Below, in pieces: positions 1 to 6,176 of a DNA stretch of 17,008 nucleotides (position 1 is the first letter of the stretch; every line of letters begins with the position of its first letter). The stretch comes from Polyangiaceae bacterium (GTDB lineage Bacteria; Myxococcota_A; Polyangia; Polyangiales; Polyangiaceae), in the NCBI GenBank assembly GCA_020848455.1, contig JADLAB010000166.1, positions 1 to 17,008 on the forward strand. The letters run 5' to 3'. Made by a program: the position numbers and the translations under genes. Below the pieces are notes generated by a model. It did not search any database. It was not told the origin of the DNA and saw only the letters and a list, made by a program, of their open reading frames with translations.

Positions 1-254
1 CCTTCTGGAACGGCCCGATGGGCGTGTTCGAGATGAAGGGCTTCGACGAGGGCACGAAGGCGATCGCCACCGTCTTCGCCGACATCACCGGCCGGGGCGC
101 GCTCACCATCGTGGGCGGCGGCGACTCCGCGGCGGCTGTCCGCCAGATGGGCTTCGACGGCAAGGTGACGCACGTCTCGACGGGCGGCGGCGCCTCGCTC
201 GAGATGTTCGAGGGCAAGTTCCTGCCCGGCATCGCGGCGCTCGATCTGAAGTAG
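1..254 (+). CDS. pgk: Phosphoglycerate kinase, C-terminal fragment (5' end lies outside the window)
   Basis: Reading the ORF frame back to the window edge gives ...[83 protein letters not shown]. This is the conserved PGK C-terminus (WNGPMGVFE ... GGGDS ... STGGGASLE ... LPG). The ATG at 18 in the ORF track is internal, not the true start. Confidence 0.85.
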   Translation, partial: FWNGPMGVFEMKGFDEGTKAIATVFADITGRGALTIVGGGDSAAAVRQMGFDGKVTHVSTGGGASLEMFEGKFLPGIAALDLK

Positions 255-328
255 GCAGGCCGCGCCGCGGTGACGCGGCCCGGCGCGGGGGTCGAGGTGA
301 CCCGTCGTCGTCGCACCACTGCCCACGC

Positions 329-943
329 GTGGTACCCTTCTCTCCGATGTCCCAGGGCATCGCGCTCGCGACCTACGCCGATCTGCTCGCCTTCCCGGAG
401 GGCGAGCGCGTCGAGGTGCTCGCTGGCAGCGTCGTCGCGAGCCCGGCGCCGCTGCCCGCCCACTCGCGGCCGCAGTGCGGCCTCGCGCGCTTCGTGGGCG
501 GGCCGTTCGACGGGGACGACGGCGCCGGCGGGCCCGGCGGCTGGTGGATCTTCGTCGAGGTGGACGTGCGGCTGGCCGCGCACGACATCGTGCGGCCCGA
601 TCTGTCGGGCTGGCGGCGCACGCGCCTGCCGCGCCCCAACGTGCGGCCGATCGACGTCGAGCCGGACTGGGTGTGCGAGATCGTCTCGCCGACCTCGGCG
701 GCGCGCGACCGGGTGCAGAAGTGGCGCCTCTACGCGCGCCACGGTGTTCGGCACTACTGGCTCGTCGACCCCGACGCGCGCACGCTCGAGGCGTTCGAGC
801 TGCGGGATGGCGCGTGGGTCGACGTCGGGCACCACGACGACGGCGAGGGCCCTGTGCGCGTGCCGCCCTTCGAGGCCGTCGAGATCCCCATCGCCCGGCT
901 GTTCCTGCCGCGCTCGGCGCTGCCGGAGGACGCGGAGCGATAG
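329..943 (+). CDS. Uma2-family (DUF820) putative restriction-endonuclease-like protein
   Basis: 204-aa ORF with a GTG start at 329 and an alternative ATG at 347 (MSQGIALATYADLLAFPEG...). It has the characteristic Uma2 core ...RPDLSGW...PDWVCEIVSPTSAARDRVQKWRLYARHGVRHYWLVDP... (a PD-(D/E)xK-like motif). The protein has sensible composition, unlike the overlapping Arg-rich ORFs. Confidence 0.75.
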   Translation: MVPFSPMSQGIALATYADLLAFPEGERVEVLAGSVVASPAPLPAHSRPQCGLARFVGGPFDGDDGAGGPGGWWIFVEVDVRLAAHDIVRPDLSGWRRTRLPRPNVRPIDVEPDWVCEIVSPTSAARDRVQKWRLYARHGVRHYWLVDPDARTLEAFELRDGAWVDVGHHDDGEGPVRVPPFEAVEIPIARLFLPRSALPEDAER

Positions 944-961
944 CCGCCCGTCGCGCGCGCC

Positions 962-990
962 GGGCAGCGCCTGCCGCTCTTTCGCGTACG
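962..990 (+). terminator. Possible weak intrinsic terminator between convergent genes
   Basis: GGCAG-cgc-CTGCC stem-loop followed by gctcTTTcgcg. It lies between the Uma2 stop at 943 and the minus-strand stop at 993. The stem is short and the T-tract poor, so this is tentative. Confidence 0.2.
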
Positions 991-992
991 GG

Positions 993-1352
993 CTACTCGA
1001 GGCGCACGAGCGCGAGGCGCGGCGTCGTGAGTAGATCGCCCGAGAGGTGCAGCGCGACCGCGCGGCGCGACCCGAGCGCGAGCGCCCGCTCGGCGGTCAC
1101 GAAGACGAGCTGCCTCGGCGGCTCGAACGCGGCGCCCGTCGGCTCGAGCCGGTGCCCCTCGGCGAGGAGCGCCGCGAGATCGTCCTCGGAGATCGCGTAG
1201 GCGCGCGCCGCGTCGGCGAGCGTCCGACAGAGCTTCGTCCACGCCCCCTTCGCGCAGTCGCGCTGCCGGTACTCCGAGCGCCGGATGGCGAGCCGCGCGC
1301 GTTGCCGACGCAGCCGCGCGTGCAGGCGCTCCGAGCCGGGCGGCGTCGTCAC
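993..1352 (-). CDS. Hypothetical small protein (~119 aa), second gene of an overlapping pair
   Basis: This is the C-terminal portion of the 993..2114 ORF frame: VTTPPGSERLHARLRRQRARLAIRRSEYRQRDCAKGAWTKLCRTLADAARAYAISEDDLAALLAEGHRLEPTGAAFEPPRQLVFVTAERALALGSRRAVALHLSGDLLTTPRLALVRLE*. The GTG start overlaps the upstream gene's TGA stop (GTGA), which suggests translational coupling. Upstream of this point the same frame is Arg-rich junk. No recognisable family. Confidence 0.45.
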   Translation of the reverse strand: MTTPPGSERLHARLRRQRARLAIRRSEYRQRDCAKGAWTKLCRTLADAARAYAISEDDLAALLAEGHRLEPTGAAFEPPRQLVFVTAERALALGSRRAVALHLSGDLLTTPRLALVRLE

Positions 1353-2029
1353 GGTGCCCGCTCCAGCGCTTCCAGCCGACGCAGGAGCGCGACCACGCGC
1401 GCTCGGTGCGCCTCGGGATCGGGCATCTCGGGGATGGGCGGGAGCAGGGAGAGGACGGCGAGATTCGTACGCGCGGCGTGGCGCAGGTCCAGGCGGAGCT
1501 CGCGGTAGCGTCGCTCGAGCCGCTCGAGATCGGTGGGCCCGGCCACGAGCAGGAGCCCCAGGACGACGAGCAGATCGCGATCGCCCTTCACGCCGCTGCG
1601 CTCGGTGACGAGCTTCTCGAGCAGCAGGTCGGCCGTGTGTGGCAGCGGGATCCGGACCCCTTCGACCTCGACGGTGCGCCCGTGCTCGAGGAGCGACAGC
1701 GCGCCGAAGACGAGCAGCGGCAACTCCGAGTCCTCGAGCACGTAGCTCTCGGTCGGGTCCGAGAGCGCGCGGTCGAGGCCGAGGAAGTTCACCTCGATGA
1801 GCTCCTCCTGCTCGGGCAGCCACACCGAGGGCTCCTCGGGAGAGGGTCGAAATCCCTCGAGCCTCGCGAGCAGCGCCTTGACCCGACCGTGGCTCGACAC
1901 GGGAATGCCGATGTCGACGTGCTGGGACACGACGAGCGTCGAGGCTGCGCCGGGCTCGAGCAGGTTGGGGACCTCGGAGCCGACGACGAGGACGCCCGGC
2001 TCGTCGGTGACGGGCTGGATCGCGCGCAA
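1349..2029 (-). CDS. Hypothetical protein (~226 aa), first gene of an overlapping pair downstream of the AAA+ ATPase
   Basis: The ORF reads MRAIQPVTDEPGVLVVGSEVPNLLEPGAASTLVVSQHVDIGIPVSSHG...LLRRLEALERAP* and has protein-like composition. The opposite-strand ORF 1406..2077 is a typical antisense artefact. The first in-frame start is a TTG at 2029 with no SD, and the only ATG is near the C-terminus, so the start is uncertain. A GS...hVDIGI stretch is loosely nucleotidyltransferase-like but lacks a clear [DE]x[DE]; I do not call it. Confidence 0.45.
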   Translation of the reverse strand: MRAIQPVTDEPGVLVVGSEVPNLLEPGAASTLVVSQHVDIGIPVSSHGRVKALLARLEGFRPSPEEPSVWLPEQEELIEVNFLGLDRALSDPTESYVLEDSELPLLVFGALSLLEHGRTVEVEGVRIPLPHTADLLLEKLVTERSGVKGDRDLLVVLGLLLVAGPTDLERLERRYRELRLDLRHAARTNLAVLSLLPPIPEMPDPEAHRARVVALLRRLEALERAP

Positions 2030-2186
2030 GGTCGCTACGAGCTTGCCCCGGAGGGTCCACGCCGAATCGTAGGATAGGCGCCGGCCCTCGTCGACGAGTC
2101 CTTGCCGGCTTCACCCGACAGGAAACTCGTGCCGCGGCCGCCAGCCTTCACGCCACGAAGCGCGCCCGTGCCGACCGACCGCGACG

Positions 2187-4295
2187 TCACGGCGCGCGGG
2201 ACGCGCGCGCCGGCTCGCCCAGGAACCCCGCGATCGCGCGGCCCGAGCGTCGCTTGTGGCGGAGCTCCGCTTCGAGCGCGCTCGAGAGCGCGGGCGCCGA
2301 GAGCGCGCGGCCGAGGATCCGCGCCTGGCGCGTCACGGCGGCGAAGTCGCCGGGGGTGAGACCCTCGAGGCCATCGACGGAGGCGCGCGACGCCGCGAGC
2401 TCCTCCGCCGATCCGAGCGCGCCGTGGGCGCGTAGCGAGGCGGTGAAGAGCTCCCAGCGCTGCTCGCGCGACAGGCCGTCGAAGCGGATCTTGAGCGCGA
2501 AGCGGCGCAGGGCCGCGGGATCGAGCGTGTCGAAGGCATTGGTCGCGCAGAAGAAGAGGCCCTCGAAGCCCTCGAGCTGTACGAGCAGCTCGTTCACTTG
2601 CGTGACCTCGAAGGTGCGGTCGGCGCCGCTGCGGTTGCGCAGAAAGCCGTCGGCCTCGTCGAGGAACAGGATCGCGCCGGCCTCGCTCGCGCGCGCGAAC
2701 ATGGCCGCGAGGTTCGCCTCGGTCTCGCCGACCCAGGGCGAGAGGATGTCGGAGGCACGCTTGACGACGAGCGGCAGGCCGATGCGCTCGGCGACGTGAT
2801 GCACGAGCGCGGTCTTGCCCGTCCCCGGCGGACCGTAGAGGCAGATCGCGCCCGACGGGTGGCGCGCGAGCGCCTTCACGAGCTCCGCCGGATCGTGGCT
2901 CGTGTTGAGGAACCTGAGCTCGTAGGGCCCCTCGCCTCCTGCGTGCGCGCGGACGAGCCCCGCCCCTTGCGCGCGCGCCTGGTTCGCGAGCACACGCAGG
3001 ACCGTCGTCTCGAACGTCGTCTCGGCGTCGCCGGCGACCATCGCGCCGACGCGCACGGCGCGCACGAGGTGCGCCGGACCGAAGCGCTCGTCGGCCGCGA
3101 GGGTGGCGACGAAGCGCGCGCTCGACGTCCGCGCGCCCACGTGCTGCTCGACGATGCGACGGCGCGCCGCGGCCGGCGGCACCGCGAGCTCGAGCACGAA
3201 GTCGAAGCGCCGCACGAAGGCGGGATCGATGTGGCTCACGTGGTTCGAGATCCAGATGGCCGGGACGCGGTTGTGCTCGAGCAGGCGATTCGTGAAGCCC
3301 TTGTTCGCGCCCGAGCTCGGCGCGCGCGCCTCGGTCTTCGGGAAGATGTCCTCGATCTCGTCGAAGGCGACGAGCGCGGGCGCGCGCCGCCTGCCGAGGA
3401 GCGCCTGGCAGAGCCGGTAGTGGGCGAGGCGCCCCGCGGCGGTGAGCGGCGCGCCGCGCTCGGTCTCCACCTCGACCTCGACGAGCGCCGCCCCGAGCTC
3501 GCGCGCGAGGCAGCGCACGAGCTCCGTCTTGCCCGTGCCGGGGGCGCCGTAGAGCAGGACGTTAGCGCCCGGGAGGCGACCGGCAGCCGCGCTCCCGAGG
3601 TAACGCTGGAGGATGCACAGGTCGCGCTCGACGTGCGCGAAGTCGTCGACGCCGAGAGACGACGGAGGCGCCGGCTTGCACAGGCGCGCGAGGAGGGCGT
3701 CCTCGTCGGCGTGCTCCGCGCAGAGGACGTCGGGCAGGTCGTCCATGGGCGCGAGCGGGCTGTCCCAGGCGCGCCGGGCGGCGTCCGCGACGAGCACGAG
3801 GCCCGTCGTTCGGAGCGCGCCCGAGGGCGCGAGCGCCCGGCGCAGCTCGTCGAGCGGCACGTCGAGCGTGGCCCCGATGCACGCCTCGATGCGGCGGAGC
3901 GACGCGCCCTCGAGCTCGTCGAGGCACGCTTGCAGGGCGGGCTCGAGCGACAGGAGCACCGCGAAGAGCAGGACCTCCTGCTCGACCGCCGAGAGCGCGA
4001 GGAGCGACCCGAGACGCGTGACGTTCGCGAAGAGCGGCCCCTCGCGAGGTGCGCCGCGCTCCACGAGCGCGTCGAGGCGGCGGACGAGCCGCTTCTTGAC
4101 CTTGGGCGCGGGCATCCCGGCGCTCTTCAGCGACCCGAGGCCCGCGGCGTCGAGCGGCCCGCGGCCGAGCGACGGGCGCAGGGCGCCGTACGCGTCCGTC
4201 GCCAAGAGGGCGCGCAGAATCCAGATCGCGAGCAGCGGCTCGTGATCGTCTCGTGCCACCGTCCGTTCCGGCGTGGCTCTTCGTCTTCGTCCCAT
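2187..4295 (-). CDS. Tandem AAA+ ATPase (N-domain plus two classical AAA modules, Cdc48/CbbX-like architecture, no protease domain)
   Basis: Module 1: Walker A LLYGAPGTGKTELV, Walker B ALVAFDEIEDIF, sensor-1 WISNHV and Arg-finger region DPAFVRRFD. Module 2: ICLYGPPGTGKTALV, ILFLDEADGFL, FFCATNAFDTLDPAALRRF. The ORF track opens at 4469, but the first 58 residues are Arg/Pro junk. The likely start is the ATG at 4295 (MGRRRRATPERTVARDDHEPLLAIWILRAL...), with an alternative ATG at 4115 (MPAPKVKKRLV...). Confidence 0.8.
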   Translation of the reverse strand: MGRRRRATPERTVARDDHEPLLAIWILRALLATDAYGALRPSLGRGPLDAAGLGSLKSAGMPAPKVKKRLVRRLDALVERGAPREGPLFANVTRLGSLLALSAVEQEVLLFAVLLSLEPALQACLDELEGASLRRIEACIGATLDVPLDELRRALAPSGALRTTGLVLVADAARRAWDSPLAPMDDLPDVLCAEHADEDALLARLCKPAPPSSLGVDDFAHVERDLCILQRYLGSAAAGRLPGANVLLYGAPGTGKTELVRCLARELGAALVEVEVETERGAPLTAAGRLAHYRLCQALLGRRRAPALVAFDEIEDIFPKTEARAPSSGANKGFTNRLLEHNRVPAIWISNHVSHIDPAFVRRFDFVLELAVPPAAARRRIVEQHVGARTSSARFVATLAADERFGPAHLVRAVRVGAMVAGDAETTFETTVLRVLANQARAQGAGLVRAHAGGEGPYELRFLNTSHDPAELVKALARHPSGAICLYGPPGTGKTALVHHVAERIGLPLVVKRASDILSPWVGETEANLAAMFARASEAGAILFLDEADGFLRNRSGADRTFEVTQVNELLVQLEGFEGLFFCATNAFDTLDPAALRRFALKIRFDGLSREQRWELFTASLRAHGALGSAEELAASRASVDGLEGLTPGDFAAVTRQARILGRALSAPALSSALEAELRHKRRSGRAIAGFLGEPARASRAP

Positions 4296-4773
4296 GCTTC
4301 GAACGCGCCCGTGCGCGCGCCTGCTCCGCGAGCGCGGAGACCCCAACCGACACGAATCCCTTGCGTGCCCCCCCACGCGGAAGGCACGCGCCCGCACCTG
4401 CGCGCCACCCGACCGAGGGGGCGGCGCGCGAGCGCTAGGAGCTGGGTCGTCGGAAGAACATGGTGCCATCTCCTCTTGCCGCGGAGCGGCGCAGAGAGCG
4501 ACGAAGGGCAGAAGGATGCATCAAGGCGGGGCGCTTCGCAAGGGCGCGCGAGCCCACGACGCCATCGAGCCCATGACGTGCCTCCGCGCTCTCTGCGCGC
4601 CCGAGGCGCGTTCGCCTCTCGCCGTCGCCGAGGTCGATCATGCGGTCCGGTGGCTCGACGAGGGCTGCCCGTGCCGGTCGCGGCGGGCCGCCTGGATTCG
4701 CTCCGCTCTACGCTCTCGCGCTCATCGCTCGACCGCCGCGCCGGCGGTCGTTCTCGATCTCCGCCGCGCCAGG

Positions 4774-4790
4774 TGGTCCATACTGGTCCA
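4774..4790 (+). promoter_or_regulatory. Direct repeat TGGTCCA-tac-TGGTCCA immediately upstream of the antitoxin ATG (candidate autoregulatory operator)
   Basis: The sequence reads aggTGGTCCAtacTGGTCCAcATG. The two 7-bp copies have 10-bp centre-to-centre spacing (one helical turn). Each half is near-palindromic (TGGTCCA vs TGGACCA). They sit on the translation-initiation region of the Phd/YefM gene. Confidence 0.35.
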
Positions 4791-4791
4791 C

Positions 4792-5067
4792 ATGCGTTCG
4801 ACCTCGCTCGTGAGCGCGAAGGCCCACCTGTCCGAGCTCGTCGACGAGGCCGAGCATCGGGGTCGGCGGATCCTCATCCTGCGCCACGGCAAGCCCGCTG
4901 CGGCGATCGTCCCGGTCGCCGTGGCACGTGGGGGCCAGATCGCGACCGAGGGACGCCAGGTGCTCACGGCCGCCGAGGCAGAACGACGGCTCGACGAGCT
5001 CGAGGCCGAGATGCGTGGCGATCCGGGCGTCTCGGCGGTGGAGGATCTCATCGAAGGGCGGCGATGA
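4792..5067 (+). CDS. Type II antitoxin, Phd/YefM family
   Basis: MRSTSLVSAKAHLSELVDEAEHRGRRILILRHGKPAAAIVPVAVARGGQIATEGRQVLTAAEAERRLDELEAEMRGDPGVSAVEDLIEGRR*. This has the canonical Phd/YefM N-terminus (S.xEAxxxLSELVD...G..hhIxRxGKPxAxhVP). The ATG at 4792 is in frame with the 4273..5067 ORF, whose upstream part is junk. The TGA stop overlaps the next ATG. Confidence 0.8.
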   Translation: MRSTSLVSAKAHLSELVDEAEHRGRRILILRHGKPAAAIVPVAVARGGQIATEGRQVLTAAEAERRLDELEAEMRGDPGVSAVEDLIEGRR

Positions 5068-5156
5068 AGTACGTGCTCGACGCACCCGTGGCCGTCGCTG
5101 CGGTCCGGCCCACCGCCCGGCGCCCCGACCGGTCTCACCGCGCCGCGCGCCCGTAG
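5064..5156 (+). pseudogene. Truncated remnant of a PIN-domain (VapC-like) toxin gene, 30 codons
   Basis: An ATGA overlap with the antitoxin stop is followed by MKYVLDAPVAVAAVRPTARRPDRSHRAARP*. The first ~14 residues resemble a VapC N-terminus (MKYLLDTNVhhxhh, with the first catalytic Asp). The frame then stops after 30 codons. Its 3' end overlaps the 3' end of the convergent kinase gene at 5135..5156. Confidence 0.35.
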
Positions 5157-6163
5157 GCCGCCCGCGCCAGGCGCACGAGCTCGCCGCGAAGCGCGCGGGC
5201 CGAGGTCGCGAGCGAGGCCTGCGAACGCGCGCGCGCGAGATCGTGCGCCGGGCGCGAGGGGTAGCGGGTCGGGTCCCAGCCGAAGTAGCGGTCGAGGATG
5301 GCGTCGAGGAGGAAGCGCGCGGCGAGCTCGTGGGCGATGGTCTCGAGGCCGAGCGCGAGCGACTCGATCTCGTCGGTGGTGAGCAGCTCCCCGGCCGTCG
5401 AGGCGTGACCCTCGAGCGCGGCGGCGTAGAGCGCGACCTCGACGCGCGCGTCCTCGGCGTTCTCGCCGCCCGGGTTGCACCAGGAGCGGAGCGCGTCGCC
5501 GAGCTCGACGGCGAGCGTGCCGTGCGCGAGCGTGTCGAGATCGAGCAAGGCGACGGCCTCGCCCGCGGCGTCGAAGAGCAGGTTCGTCACCTTGAGATCG
5601 CCGTGGACGATGCGCACGGGACGATCCGCGAGCGCGGGCAGGGCCGCGCCGTGCTCGAGGATGGCCTCGCCGACGGCGCGCACCTCGGCGGAGCCCGCGG
5701 GCAGGGCGGCCTCGAGCCGTGCGAGGTGCGCGCGGGTGTCGTGCGCGCCCGGGCGGGTGAAGGCGAAGACGTGCTCGAGATCGGCGACGGCCGCGTGGAA
5801 GCGGCCCACGAGCGCGGCCGCCGAGCGCGCGAGCGCGGGGCTCGACACGCGCTCGCGCACCTCGCCCGCGAGCCAGGTGAGGGCGCGCCACGGGCGCTCG
5901 CCGTGCGCGACGAAGGGCGCGCCCGCGCGCGTGCGCACGAGCTGCGGCGTCACGACACCCCGGTCGGAGACGTGGCGCGCGATGGCCTCGAGATCGAGGT
6001 TCACCTCGCCGCGGAAGATCGGGTGCAGCTCCTGCAGGGCGAGCGCGGGCTTGCCCTCGCGCTCGACGCGGAAGGTGCGGTTGATGAGCCCGACCGTGAT
6101 GGGCGTGACGCGCGCGCCCCGGAGCCCATAGGCTTCGAGGACCTCGCCGGGGATGTCCGACAC
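5135..6163 (-). CDS. Phosphotransferase-family protein (aminoglycoside phosphotransferase / choline-homoserine kinase fold)
   Basis: 342 aa with the Brenner motif IVHGDLKVTNLLFD (HGDxxxxN) and the DFG-equivalent LLDLDT. The GTG start lies 13 nt after the flotillin stop, suggesting the same operon. Confidence 0.75.
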   Translation of the reverse strand: MSDIPGEVLEAYGLRGARVTPITVGLINRTFRVEREGKPALALQELHPIFRGEVNLDLEAIARHVSDRGVVTPQLVRTRAGAPFVAHGERPWRALTWLAGEVRERVSSPALARSAAALVGRFHAAVADLEHVFAFTRPGAHDTRAHLARLEAALPAGSAEVRAVGEAILEHGAALPALADRPVRIVHGDLKVTNLLFDAAGEAVALLDLDTLAHGTLAVELGDALRSWCNPGGENAEDARVEVALYAAALEGHASTAGELLTTDEIESLALGLETIAHELAARFLLDAILDRYFGWDPTRYPSRPAHDLARARSQASLATSARALRGELVRLARAAYGRAAR

Positions 6164-6176
6164 GCGGCGCGCCCGC

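Noticed and set aside
993-2114. 373-aa minus-strand ORF
   Set aside because: Only the last ~119 codons look like protein. The upstream ~250 codons are Arg/Ala/Pro-rich GC artefact, and in a different frame they overlap the better 1349..2029 ORF. The real gene is taken as 993..1352 from a GTG at the GTGA overlap.
4296-4791. ~500-bp divergent intergenic region, searched for small ORFs, RNA genes or tRNA-like structure (including a 68-aa ORF at 4435..4641 on the minus strand)
   Set aside because: I found no convincing coding signal or RNA fold by eye. It contains a short imperfect palindrome, ATGGTGCCAT, near 4461. The region likely holds the promoters for the AAA+ and antitoxin genes, but I could not identify specific -35/-10 elements.
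2598-5156. 852-aa plus-strand ORF
   Set aside because: This is antisense to the AAA+ ATPase for most of its length and has extreme Arg/Glu/Ala composition. Only its final 30 codons (5064..5156) are interpreted, as a toxin remnant.
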